A stretch of 64,000 nt of DNA. Origin: Vitrella brassicaformis CCMP3155. Its lineage: Eukaryota > Protista > Chromerida. Positions 25,670 through 37,000 of this stretch are shown in pieces. A model generated the notes under the pieces. It did no database searches. It was not told the DNA's origin and saw only the letters and a list, made by a program, of their open reading frames with translations. The stretch is taken from positions 124,001-188,000 of the forward strand of contig CDMY01001045.1 in the NCBI GenBank assembly GCA_001179505.1, in the 5' to 3' direction. Every line of letters begins with the position of its first letter. Within the stretch, counting starts at the first letter, position 1. Position numbers and translations under genes: made by a program.

Positions 25670-26158
25670 AAGGGAGAGAGAAGTGTGAATAAGCAGCCAG
25701 TGTTGCTTTTTTTAATCGAGCAGCTCTTTGTGCCGCTCCTCTCCCTCCCGGATCTGCCGGCGGGCGGCGATGAAATATAGAATATCATGTTAGAGACACA
25801 GATAGCATAGCCATCGATCGATTAGCATGAGGGATTCAGATTAGGCAATAGTGACAGGTTTTTGCATCAGACTTGACACATATGAGAAGTGCAAAAACCT
25901 GTCTGATGACCGACACGCAAAAAAAATTGTCTTATAAGTACGACAGAAAAGAAAGGTCAGACGCAGCAGCGTCCTCCACCCTTCCACGCGACCCGCTCTC
26001 ATCTCCTGATGGCTTTTCCTCCTGCAGGCCCTGGACAAAGTCGCTTCCCAAGACTCGCCGCTCGGTTTTGGTCTCAAGGTACCTCCTTTTGCGGCTGTCT
26101 CGAGTGTCAGATATGGATCGCTTCCGGTGATCCATCCCCTCTTCCTTCTCTGTCGGCT
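23133..26158. repeat. Inverted copy of 52736-55523 (kinase-type tail + gene Y 5' exons + last ~230 coding bp and 3' flank of the RTX-like gene)
   Basis: 25437-26158 matches the reverse complement of 52736-53457 with a constant coordinate sum (78894) and no difference I could see. 23133-24853 matches 53758-55523 with scattered SNPs. Confidence 0.9.
23327..25620 (-). CDS. Coiled-coil protein segment (tail shared by the STE20 kinase and gene Y); may be an alternative junction or misplaced contig
   Basis: Exons ADAVEAHEKSFIENAS..., VSELSDELMRVREVES..., MTAADTARQLAELSFLLKALPARY..., EQHEYEATWQSLQKRL..., EHDVMLRHDHK..., SFYDVPQVINRP...VW* (stop 23327). Confidence 0.5.
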
Positions 26159-26458
26159 NNNNNNNNNNNNNNNNNNNNNNNNNNNNNNNNNNNNNNNNNN
26201 NNNNNNNNNNNNNNNNNNNNNNNNNNNNNNNNNNNNNNNNNNNNNNNNNNNNNNNNNNNNNNNNNNNNNNNNNNNNNNNNNNNNNNNNNNNNNNNNNNNN
26301 NNNNNNNNNNNNNNNNNNNNNNNNNNNNNNNNNNNNNNNNNNNNNNNNNNNNNNNNNNNNNNNNNNNNNNNNNNNNNNNNNNNNNNNNNNNNNNNNNNNN
26401 NNNNNNNNNNNNNNNNNNNNNNNNNNNNNNNNNNNNNNNNNNNNNNNNNNNNNNNNNN
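26159..26458. other. Scaffold gap (300 N)
   Basis: Run of N. Confidence 1.
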
Positions 26459-27002
26459 CCGCACTTGTCCACCGCGTCGACGTACTCGGCCCTGGCGTGC
26501 AGCTCGGCCACCGACAGATATCGGGCCGGCAGCGCCTTCAGCAAAAAGGACAGCTCAGCAAGCTGACGGGCCGTGTCGGCTGCCGTCATTGGCGAGATGT
26601 CATCGAGTGGGGCTGGCTGGTCATGCGGAGAGACACTCATTTGTGTGTGTGTGTGTGTGTGTGTAGTGGGCGGGCGACAGGCAGAGCGAGAGAGTTGTGT
26701 CTCGGCAGCACATCGATCGCATACATGTGTCTGTGTATTTATTGTACACCCGGCGAAAGAGGGAGGAAAGAGACTATGTATGCAGCAGAGCCGTACAGGC
26801 CAGTCATGGGTGTATTCATGGTTTGCAGAGTGAAATGTGCACGTGAGCAATATGCAGAAGGCAAAGCAGCAACGCGACAAGGTCATTCCCAGCAAGGCGA
26901 ACAATGCGAACAATCCCCAGCGCACACCACACGTGCAGTGCCTCCCACACACACTCGAAGCAAAAGAACGCAACAGGACGTCGAAAAGGTCGACAAAACA
27001 CA
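26459..27002. repeat. Direct duplicate of 24273-24816 (third copy of the tail repeat, cut by the gap)
   Basis: Near-identical from ccgcacttgtccaccgcg to gacaaaacaca, after which the copies diverge (cagacg vs tgcaag). Confidence 0.9.
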
Positions 27003-30000
27003 CAGACGTACGCACAGGCATGTTTCAGACTCACACAAGTGCTGATGTTGCTTTGCTTCCGCTGTCCAGGCAGGCGGGCTGCATGCACTGCATCATTGTG
27101 TGCGGATTGAAAAGTACTGGTCAGCGTGCAGAGGACAGACAGACAAAGCTGCTCACGGTGAGGCCTTTCGCATCTGGTCGATGTGTAGCTCTATCTCACA
27201 CACAAACTGCGCACACCCACACCCAGACACACAGATGGATGAGGCCGGCTGGTGGACTGGCATTGGTCCGTGCGTACATTGTCAATGTCCTCGGCGTGCT
27301 TGACGCGTCTTTCACGGAAGAACTCGGACAGCTCCCTCACAAACTCTTTGTCGTGCGGCTCAACACGCTTCGAAGACGGCTTCCGCATGTGCTCGAACAC
27401 GGGCTCCAACACACGCTCGTACGCTGCACCCCACCCATACACACACGTCAATTCACAAATGCCTGTGCTTGTGTGTTTGAATGGGGCGAGTGGGACAGCT
27501 GTATTGCCGACCGTTTGTGATGGGTAGTTTTGGCTTGCCGCGCATGGTTCTGGACCACATGGCGGGCGACGACCCGGTGGCCCTGCTGCTCGATGAGCCG
27601 GCTGCTTCCACACGAACCTGCGGCACACCCGGCTCGCCCATCCCCATCGCTGTGCAGTCGAGGTAGGCAAGAGACGCATGTGTTAGCGCCGGTGCATGTG
27701 GATCGCTATAAGGCTTCCTACCCAGGTTCATTTCCTTTGCAAACTCCCCCGCCACTTCTTGGCTCGTGTCGGGGTTCCACAAATAAGACGACTCCTCTGT
27801 CTGCGGCAGCACACCTAGACACATGCATACACGCCAGGTCAGACACGTGTCTCCAATGTACGTGTGTATGTGTGTATATCGACCAGGCTCGCTGGGCCGA
27901 GCCCCGCTGGCCGAGATGGCCCTGTGGTAGATGCTGTCAGGCTTGGGGCTCTCCTGCACGCTCGACTCGAGCACGGATGCCAGCTCCTGAGATTCTCCCC
28001 GGGTCATCCGCTTTCCGGGAGCCTCTAACGCGGCACCCTCGCCGCTCTCGCCCTCTATGATAGAATGGTCCGGCTCATGATGGTTGCCGGGGTGGCCCGC
28101 GACAACCATGGCGCCAGGCATGCCGCTGGGCTCCTTGAGCGTGCCTGTCCGCGATGGCGTCGGGGTGATGCCCGTGAAGTCCCACTCGCTGATGTTTGAT
28201 ATGCTGTGGAAGGCCCGCTCGCTGCTCGGCTGGGACGACTGGGCCGGCGGCGGGAGCGGCGCACGTGAGCCCGAAGCGGGCGAGTGCGAAAGGGAATCAA
28301 GCGCCCGCAGGGGCACCCGCGCTGAGGCGTCGTACAGGCCGTCCAAAGAGCTCCCTGGGGGCAGATACGCGAGACAAGGGGGGATCAGTTCAAGGGGTGG
28401 TGCCCGTCGATGAGTGTAGCCTGCCTACTTTGGATGGAGGAGCCGCCCCCTTCGTCCCCTGAGCTCGGGGCGATCTTCGAGCTGTCTTGCGGAGCCTTGA
28501 CGATCGTACCCACTGAAGGTCCGTCCACCCACACAGATATAGATGTTGTGCGTGTCCACGTGTCTCTCTCTCTCTCTCTGTGTGTGCTGACTTCCGTCGT
28601 TGCAGTGGTCTGCAAATGCCTCGGCGTCGACACGTCTCTGCTGCTGCTGTTCTTGCTGTCTCTCCTGCTGCTGGCGGCGGTCCTTGAGTTGCCATGCGAA
28701 GAATCTGTTGTTGCCAGACATGCTCTGGCCGTCGATATGCATCCGACCCACATCTGCACTCATGGAGAGATAGATTACGATGCATACCAACCGGGTAAGT
28801 GACGAGCGAAGAAGCGCGGACCCACCTTCCCCCTTTCTGTAGTTGGGGATGATCTTGTAGTCTTCGGGGCGAAGCTTCTTCTCCTGCAAGGAAGGACAGA
28901 CATCTGTCAATCTGCAATGTGTCCTCCGGCAAACGTGTTTGTCCCTCCGTACGCTTGCATCGTCGCTCGATGAGGACGGGGCAGAGGGCGTACCTACCGA
29001 ACGAACGAACGAAAGGATAAACGAAAACTTCGTCGGCGTGTGCGTCCTTGCGTACGAGTCTTGTTCTTTGCGCTGCACACACCACACACACACAAGACAC
29101 ATGGCATCATCAAGCGATTGCACAACGCTGCGTGAAGCTCTTGTCGACGACTCACTCGATGTCTTTGATCATGTCCTCGGTGCTCGTGTATTTCTTGACG
29201 TCTGGACGAAAAACACAACGACGCAGCAGCGACACTCTGGTGAGGTCGCTTGGTGGCCGACTTGGTGGCATTCTGCTCACTTCGCAGGAAGGCGTGTTTG
29301 AGCAGCTTAGCTGCCGTCGTGCTGACAAAAGATGTGCATCCATGCATCCACCAATTCGTCCATGTGCGTGTGAGCAATCAATGGGACCGTACCGTTTGTT
29401 GGGTTCGCGCTTAAGACACTCGTGAACGAAGTCACGGAGCACCCTGCATTCATACATGTCGGACGGAGGCAATCAATGCATGTAGTCGTCGCTCAGTCTC
29501 TCTTGCTCACTCAGTAACTCACTTGCTGGCCGAGTCGGGCAGTTTGCAGTCCTTCTCAACAAAGTCTTTCGACCGCGCAATGTACACCAACACCTGCGGT
29601 GGGTTGTAGGCCAACCGGCCAATGACGGGTGGCTGGTTTGCTGGGAGAGGTGTGTCTGCGGGTTACCTTGACAGGGTTCTCGTCGGCGAGCGGCGGGTCC
29701 CCCGTGGCCATCTCGAACATGGTGATGCCGAACGACCATATGTCGGCCTTCGAGTCATACGTCTGACCGCACAACACCTGACCATCCATCCATCCATCAA
29801 CAGGCATACATACATATAAGGATTAAATGATTAAGTGAGTGCAGGCAATGAACGACCCATGGCGTCGCGTACCTACCTCTGGTGCCATCCAATAGGGTGT
29901 CCCGACAAAGGTGCGGGCCTTCTCTAGATTGGCTGCCAGAGAAGGGGGGCAGGGCAGGTGTGTCTTTCTCTCTGCGTCTACACGTCGTCAGTCATGTGGC

Positions 30001-30905
30001 CATACTTTGCAGCTCGTGCGAGACGCCAAAGTCAGCCAGCTTGACCCGAGCCTGCGTGTCGAGCAGGATGTTGGCCGCCTTGATGTCGCGATGAATCTTT
30101 GACTGAGCCGGGCTGGACAAACGCACACAAGAAACAAGGGACAACTTCATTGCTTGCCTGCCCTGCGTACTGGCGTGTGTGCGTGGCGACCTGTGTAGGT
30201 AGACGAGCGCCTCCAGCGTGTCTTTGGCTATGGCAGCCAACACCGGCTCCGGCAGCGGACCGTGCTTCCGAATCTGCAGCAGCAGCAGCAGCAGCAGGCA
30301 GACGACAACGTGTTAGTCTGAGCTGACTGTGCGTGCCATGCGATAGCGTGTTTGTGCTGACGATGTCTCTGAGGGATCCGCCGCCGAGGAACTCCATGAT
30401 AATGATCAAGTGAGCATGGTAAGTGAAGGACTCAATGTACCTTTGTGGGACAGATGGCCAGCGAGGAAGACACACACAGACAGATAGACATAGAGGAGAA
30501 AACAAACAGCGAAAACAGCCAGTCGTGTCTCTCGTCTGACACTTCTGGTTCCCTGTCTGACTTGATGATGTTTTGGTGGTTGCACTTGGAGAGCACCGAG
30601 ATCTCGTTCCTCACTTGCTCCAACGAGTCGGTGTCCTTCATGACGTTGTCGCTCATGTCCTCCAAGTCCACCACCTTCAACGCCACCGTCGGCAGGCTCG
30701 CCTCACCTGACCCCTCAGCCGACGCCACCTTGGCCTCGTACACGCACCCGAACGCACCCTCACCCACAATCCGCTGCACTATGTAGGTGTTCCTGAAGCC
30801 CTTGAGCTCGTCTCCCGGCTGGTAGCTGTTGGCCCGTACACGAGCCACCTGCGGCACCTGCCGACCGCGGCTCAACGGACGGGAGCTCGACTGAGTCTCT
30901 GACAT
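26459..30905 (-). CDS. STE20/GCK-family Ser/Thr protein kinase with long coiled-coil C-terminal tail (3' end interrupted by the gap)
   Basis: VGEGAFGCVY, VALKVVDLE, NEISVLSKCNHQNI, IIMEFLGGGSL, IHRDIKAANILL, KLADFGVS, FVGTPYWMAPE (STE20 signature), YDSKADIWSFGIT and FVHECLKREPNKR. Confidence 0.93.
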
Positions 30906-31010
30906 TGATCAGATGTTAACACGCTGCTGGCTGGGCTGCTGAAAGGGGAGGAGGGACAGGGAAGGGAGGGTCGCTGTCTTAAGAAGACACAACACGGAAA
31001 TGCATTTCTT

Positions 31011-33572
31011 ATGCGCGCGTCATCTTCTCCTCTCACCGGACGATGTTCGGGGAATCTCCTCCGGGTCGCCTGGGGGCGAGACGGGGGCCCACCAAACCCG
31101 GAAAGCCGAACCCTGGCGACTCCATCGCAACAACGTTCGCAACACAGAGGTACATGTCGTTCATGGTTCATGGATGGATGTGCACATCTGGATGCCTGAT
31201 CTATCGCTGGTGCTGTGTGTGTCGTTCATCAGGTCACTGGCCACCATTCCAGATGCAACGGCTCGATAGAGGAAGCCTACGCAACCGTCTCGACGCGCAG
31301 CGGCTGTTCGGCATCTCGGAGGGCCTGGCGGCCATCCAGGGCTCGTCGGTGGCTAAGGGATGCCTGTCGGGGTATGCCTGCTTCCGCAGCCACGAGTTGG
31401 GCGCCCAGAGGATAGCCGCCAAGGTGGACAGGGGCGAAGTGACGGCCGAGGAAGATCGGGCCATGGGAGCCGTCATGGGATTAATCGTCGGCGACGCACT
31501 CGGAGCACCTCTAGGTGGGTCGGTGGCGGGGTGGGTGAGGGTCAGATACCGACCGACACGGACACGGTCTGACCAGAGATCTCACCCACGCTGCCTTTTT
31601 TGTGTGGTCATGGTGTGCGCATTCCCCCAGAGTTTTGTGATGTGTGTCATGCCGGCGACGCGCGCACCGACTCCATCCCCGACGTGAGCGGCTTCAGCGA
31701 CACTGCCGTGTGGGAGCACCCCAGATGCAACAAGTTTGAACTCAAACCAGGGTGAGAGACAAGGCGAGGCGAGGCAAGGGCGCGTTAATGTCATGTTGAT
31801 GAATGGCTTGGTTGGTTGGTTGGCTGGTTGGTGCATGCAGGCAGTGGACAGACGACGGCTCCATGGCGCTGTGTCTGGCCGACAGCCTGCTGCTCCACGG
31901 CGACTGGAACCCCCGGGACGTCCGCCACCGGTTCATCCTATGGTGGACATGCGGGTACAACAACGCTTTCGGATTCGACGCGCCCACCGACCACTCTGGC
32001 GTCCTCGCCCCCGCCCCCGCCACCAGCCAGGCGGCCGAGGGCAACACGGACAGCGACTCTTCCCCCTCGCTGCGCCACCAGCAGCTGCCGCGGAAGCGTC
32101 GCCACATCAACAGAGAGGGGCGCGGCAGCGTGGGTCTGGGTGGCAACATATCGTTGTCGCTGCGGGAGTTCATGCGTGAGGGTGGGCGTGAGGGCTACAC
32201 GAAGGAGGGGGACGAGCGGACGTCGGGCAACGGGTCGCTCATGCGCCTCGCTCCAGTGCCCGTCTGCTTCCACCGGGACCTCTCGAGGGCCATGGAGGTC
32301 GCACGCCTCTCCAGCCTCACCACACACCAGGTATGTGTTGTGCACTCAGACAGTCATCTATCTGCAACCATTCATCCATCCGTTCTGACTCATGCATGCA
32401 CGAGTGTTCGTTCGTGTGTCGGTCAGGGCATCGAGGCGTCTGACGGCTGCCGTTTGCTGACTTACCTGATAGTCCGGGCCATCCACGAGCAGCCCACCGA
32501 CGCACAGGTCTTCCTGCGCCCAGACCACATCACCACCCCCCTCACAGACCCCTCCACCGGCAATGAGACGCTCCCCGGCTTCGACGCTACGGCTGTGTGC
32601 TACAGCGTGCAGTGTTTGGCTCTTGCGCGTGCCGAGGAGCGACACGCCGACAATGGGGATCTACCACTGGAGGAGAGGAACTGGGAGTGGACCCATGCCA
32701 GATACCGGTACGTACGTCACTTGCGAAAAAAGAGAGGAAGGAAGGAGGCGGGAGAGAGACGACTCATACACGCATCCAATGGATGGATGTGTGGGTGTCA
32801 TTCTTTCTTTGTGTGTGTGGTGTGGTGCAGGTATGCGGCTCGGCGCGCTGCGGATCAGCCTGGGTATGTGGGCAGCTACGCCATGGACGCCCTCTCCATG
32901 GCCCTCCACTGCGTCTACACAACACGGTGAGGGAGGAAGCGATGAGAACGGAAGGACACACCATGCAAATGGCCTCCCACTGTCTCTCTGTCTCTCTGTC
33001 TGTCTGTCTGTCTGTCTGTCCTTTCGTCATCAGTAGTTTTGCGGGTGCGGTGCTGAAGGCGGCGAATCTGCGCGGCGACTCGGACACGGTAGCGGCCATC
33101 ACAGGGCAGATCGCAGGCGCCATCTATGGCATCACCAACGTTCCCAAAGACTGGATCGCGGCTGTAGAAAAGTAGGTAGGCCGACCCAAGGACGACAGAC
33201 AGACAGACTGGCACATGATAGCTGCATGTCACCCACTGATGCGTCCGTCATCCATCCATGTATGTATTGATCCATCCATCCATCAGGTGGTCTGGTGGCA
33301 CCGGCTTCCTGCTGGCTCGTGCCTATCATCTGCACCACCGACTGGCCGCCACCCCACCAGCCGACCCGCCCCTGGTGCTGCCCACCCCCTCCACACACGA
33401 GGCCCCACCGAACCGAGAGCACAACGCCGCTGTCCATCCCTCCGTCCACCACACGGCCCACCACCACGTGGGAGTGACGGCACCCATTCTGCCCTGCACG
33501 GCCGGGCCGGAGCCTCAGGGCGACAGACGAGGCGCACTGAGGAGTAGAGAGGATAGATTTGAGGGGCTGTGA
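31011..33572 (+). CDS. ADP-ribosylglycohydrolase (DraG/ARH family)
   Basis: DRAMGAVMGLIVGDALGAP, QWTDDGSMALCLADSL, SGNGSLMRLAPV, SSLTTH, AVLKAANLRGDSDTVAAITGQIAGAIYG. The Mg-binding TDD and DSDT motifs are intact. Confidence 0.93.
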
Positions 33573-34008
33573 GCGCAGGCACAGTAGCAGGCTAGCTTGG
33601 GTTGGCAGGGGGCTGGATTGAGTGGGTGGGGGGTTGGTTGGCTGGGTGGGTGGAGGGGTGTGGTGTACAGCCGTGTGCAGATAGATCGATGGATAGCTGG
33701 ACAACGGGATGGATCGATGGTGGAAGGAAGGAGGGTGTAGATGCGCGGCAGAAGACGTTATTGGTTTGGGTGCCCTGAGAGTAAACGACTCGATTCTTCT
33801 ATTCCGTCATACAACGCTCCGCACACGCACGAGACCCACAGTGGTGTTGCTTCTAACTTTCTTTGCCGCAGACAAACCACAGGCAAAGGACAACTTCGCT
33901 CCACACTTCAAGCGGTACTGGTCGCGCGATCTACGGCCCCCATGCGCGCCAGCGGGCCCCCTTTTTAGCACCGTCCGTCTCACCTTTCGTCTTTTCCTTG
34001 GGCACAGC

Positions 34009-37000
34009 ATGTGTGTGCTCTTCCTGTATCTCCTCGTAGTGTTATTCATTCATGTCACCCGAACTGCGACCTTCTCACGATCCCTCATCTCCGTTTCCCC
34101 CCAAGTGCTCGAGAATGCCAAGACACCCCTCATGTTTAGCCACCACGTCTTCGACGTCCTCCTCCCGCCAGCCGGGCTCACCCCTGCAGAGAAGCTGGCC
34201 GTCATCCGCCATGCGCTGGCAGACAAGATGCGCGGCCCTGGAGCCCCGCATGCCACTAAGGGAGGCGCTGACGGCTTCGTCGAGCTCGGAGAGGGGCATG
34301 GCGGCCAACGAACGACCTCCTCGCTCTGGCGGCCCGTCACAGCCACTGCAGATGGCTTCGTTACGGTGCCCTTTGCTGTCAACCACACCGGTGCGTCTGG
34401 TCGGGGAGAGAGCAGCATGTTGGGCCTGAAGGAGGTCAACCGGCGGCTGGGGCTGGTCCTCTATGATGCCGACAGTCGCTCTGCAGCCACTTTCAGACAA
34501 GACAAAGAGGCCGCACAGAGGCGACGGCAGGAGACGAGCAGCCGTGATCACGTGATTGGCCCCGGTGAGGTGCCGTCTGTCGGTGGGGGGTGCTGAGGGA
34601 GGCGCCAACAGTGGGTGGGCATGGACGCGGTTCAGAGTGCTGGACAAGGGCACCTTCAATGTCCACTGTGCCGGCACCCCCACATTCTTCATTGTAAGCC
34701 TCATACCCACACGGGACATGGACACACACAGAGAGAGAGCAAAGACAACTGCATGACATGGCCCGCTGGATGTATCAATCTGTCTGTCGATCAGGACGGA
34801 ACCTCCTATCGTGGTGAGTCTTCCTTCCCCCACGCTGCGGGGCCTGCCTCCATCTCCCAGTTGGATACGCCCTCGTCGTCTTTTGCTTCCCTGTCTGCCT
34901 TCCGGAGCCTCATATGGCCCATCGTGTTGGACCCCGGCATGCACACACTACTCGTCAGGCTGGCCCCACCACCCACCATGGCATCGGATGGCGGCCCACC
35001 GGCTCGCTTCCACTGCAGCTTCCTCCCGCCCGCCGCCCCGCTGCCCTTCTCCTCTATCCAGGTGGACTCGGGGGCAGCAGAAATGGCCAGCGGCGAGCGG
35101 ATGGCGGCGGGGGGTGAGGAGGGGCTTCGTGTGCCGACGCCGGGTGACAGTGATCCCAACTGGAAGGCAGACCACTCATGGAGACCGGTAAGCCAGCCAG
35201 CCAGCCAGCCAGCCAAGGAGACGTGAGACATTCATTGGACGGGGGTACCAAATAAGGTGGTCTCTCGGTGTTGCTTGCGCGGCTCGTCTGTACGGTACGG
35301 TACGGTACGTGTGTTTTGTAGGGTGAAGTGCACCACATGCCTGACATAGTGGATGGCGTTCTGCCAACTCCCCTGGCGTCGATACCCATAGTCAATCCGA
35401 GTATGTATGTATGTATGTACATTCATACAGTCTTGCACACCACACCACACCCAACACTTTTTCCTTGCTGACAGCTTTCTTCGTGTGCCGTCTGCCTTGC
35501 GCATAATGCAGCATCGTCTCCCGTCACAGACTTCAAAGTTGAGTTCCACACCCCCCGGGCCGTCTTGAGGCGGCACCACAGCGTGCCCGACACGGAGCAC
35601 CCCGGCAAGACCAAGGACGAGTCGTCACTGGAGGCTAAGCCCATCCATGATCAGACGCCCATTCTACAGGACCCCTCCCGCCCTCTGCTGTCGGCCACAT
35701 GGCTGCCGGCCCTCAAAAGCGACAAAGACCGCTGGACCGCTCCCGTGCTGCCGGGCCAGTCCTTCCCTCTCTACATGCAGCTGACATGGAACGGGGTCAA
35801 GCCCCGACGGCTGGAGGCCGCTGACATGGCGGCGGGGGACGGGTCTGCCACGGACAAGGGCATATGCTCGGGGGCCCTGTATGGGGAGAAGGATGACCCA
35901 GAAGTGATTGAGATAGACGCCAGGATCACCGGCAACTTCCGGGACAGTGTGAGCCGGCCCGCAGCTGAGCACACGGTTGTCTTGCGGTGCAGGAGTTTCG
36001 CTCGTCGGGATCCCTACATATTCACTTATCGCGACGTCGACGGGGCTGTCGAGTACGCCGCTGTCAGACCCCCGAAGAGGAGATGCAGGAAGGGGTTGCA
36101 ACACCAGGCAGCTTTATCTGACACCCTGCTGTCTCCTACTGGCCCTCTCCTCAAGGGCCAGTTTGGCTTCGACTGGGAGGGCGCAGGACTCGCCAACGCC
36201 GTCACGGCCATACACGCCTTCCAGCATCTAATGCCAGGCAGGCAAATATACATGTATGTATGTATGTATGCATGTACATGAACCCAACAGCACGGCCTGG
36301 TGTGGTGGGGTGTGGGGTGGTGTGGTGTCGCGAAGAATCAAGGACGGACGTGTATGGTATGGTATGGTTCCTTCAGGTGTGCCTGACCCCTTGCGTGAAG
36401 AGTATGTGCCCGACACGTCGCGGTTGGTCATCACGGGCCACTCGATGGGGGGACACGGCTGCCTCGTATTCTCGTAAGCGACAATCAATGGAGCCACTCC
36501 GAGCCAGGCGTATTAGCTGTCCGATGTATCTTCTATCTATCTATTGTTCGTGCCCTGGATGCGATGCAGGACCCACTTTGCTGACCACGTGGTGGGGTCA
36601 ATGTGTGGAGCTGCATGGATCAAGGTGCACTACAACACCCACTCACAGACAGACAGAGAGGCGTGCAGACAGACAGACAGACAGACACAGAAAGACAGGA
36701 CCCCTTGCCTGTGATTCATCAAATCATCGGTGTGGCAGATGAGCACTTACAGTGGGGGATATTCCCCTGCTGGCCAGCAGGATGGCCAGGCGGACAAGAG
36801 GACCCGCCTGATGTCTTCGGGCGACAGCGAGTACGCCACGGACTTCGCCGCCGTCCACCTTGTGGGCATGCCTTTCATGGGCAGATGCGGAGAGAAAGAC
36901 GACAATGGTGTGTGAGGAGCGGACAGCCGAGGAAGGAGACACACAGGACAGGCACACAGGGACGCATATGTATGTGTGTGTACGTGTGTGTGTACGTGTG

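Noticed and set aside
25845-26158. Apparent second RTX-gene C-terminus (ORF 25932-26135)
   Set aside because: Identical reverse copy of part of 52736-53457 next to a gap. Treated as part of the inversion/misassembly finding, not as an independent gene.
30906-30915. TGATCAGATG shared between the kinase/ARH and frr/ABCA divergent promoters (also at 62183)
   Set aside because: Only 10 bp, and similar TGATCAG words occur elsewhere, so it is compatible with chance.
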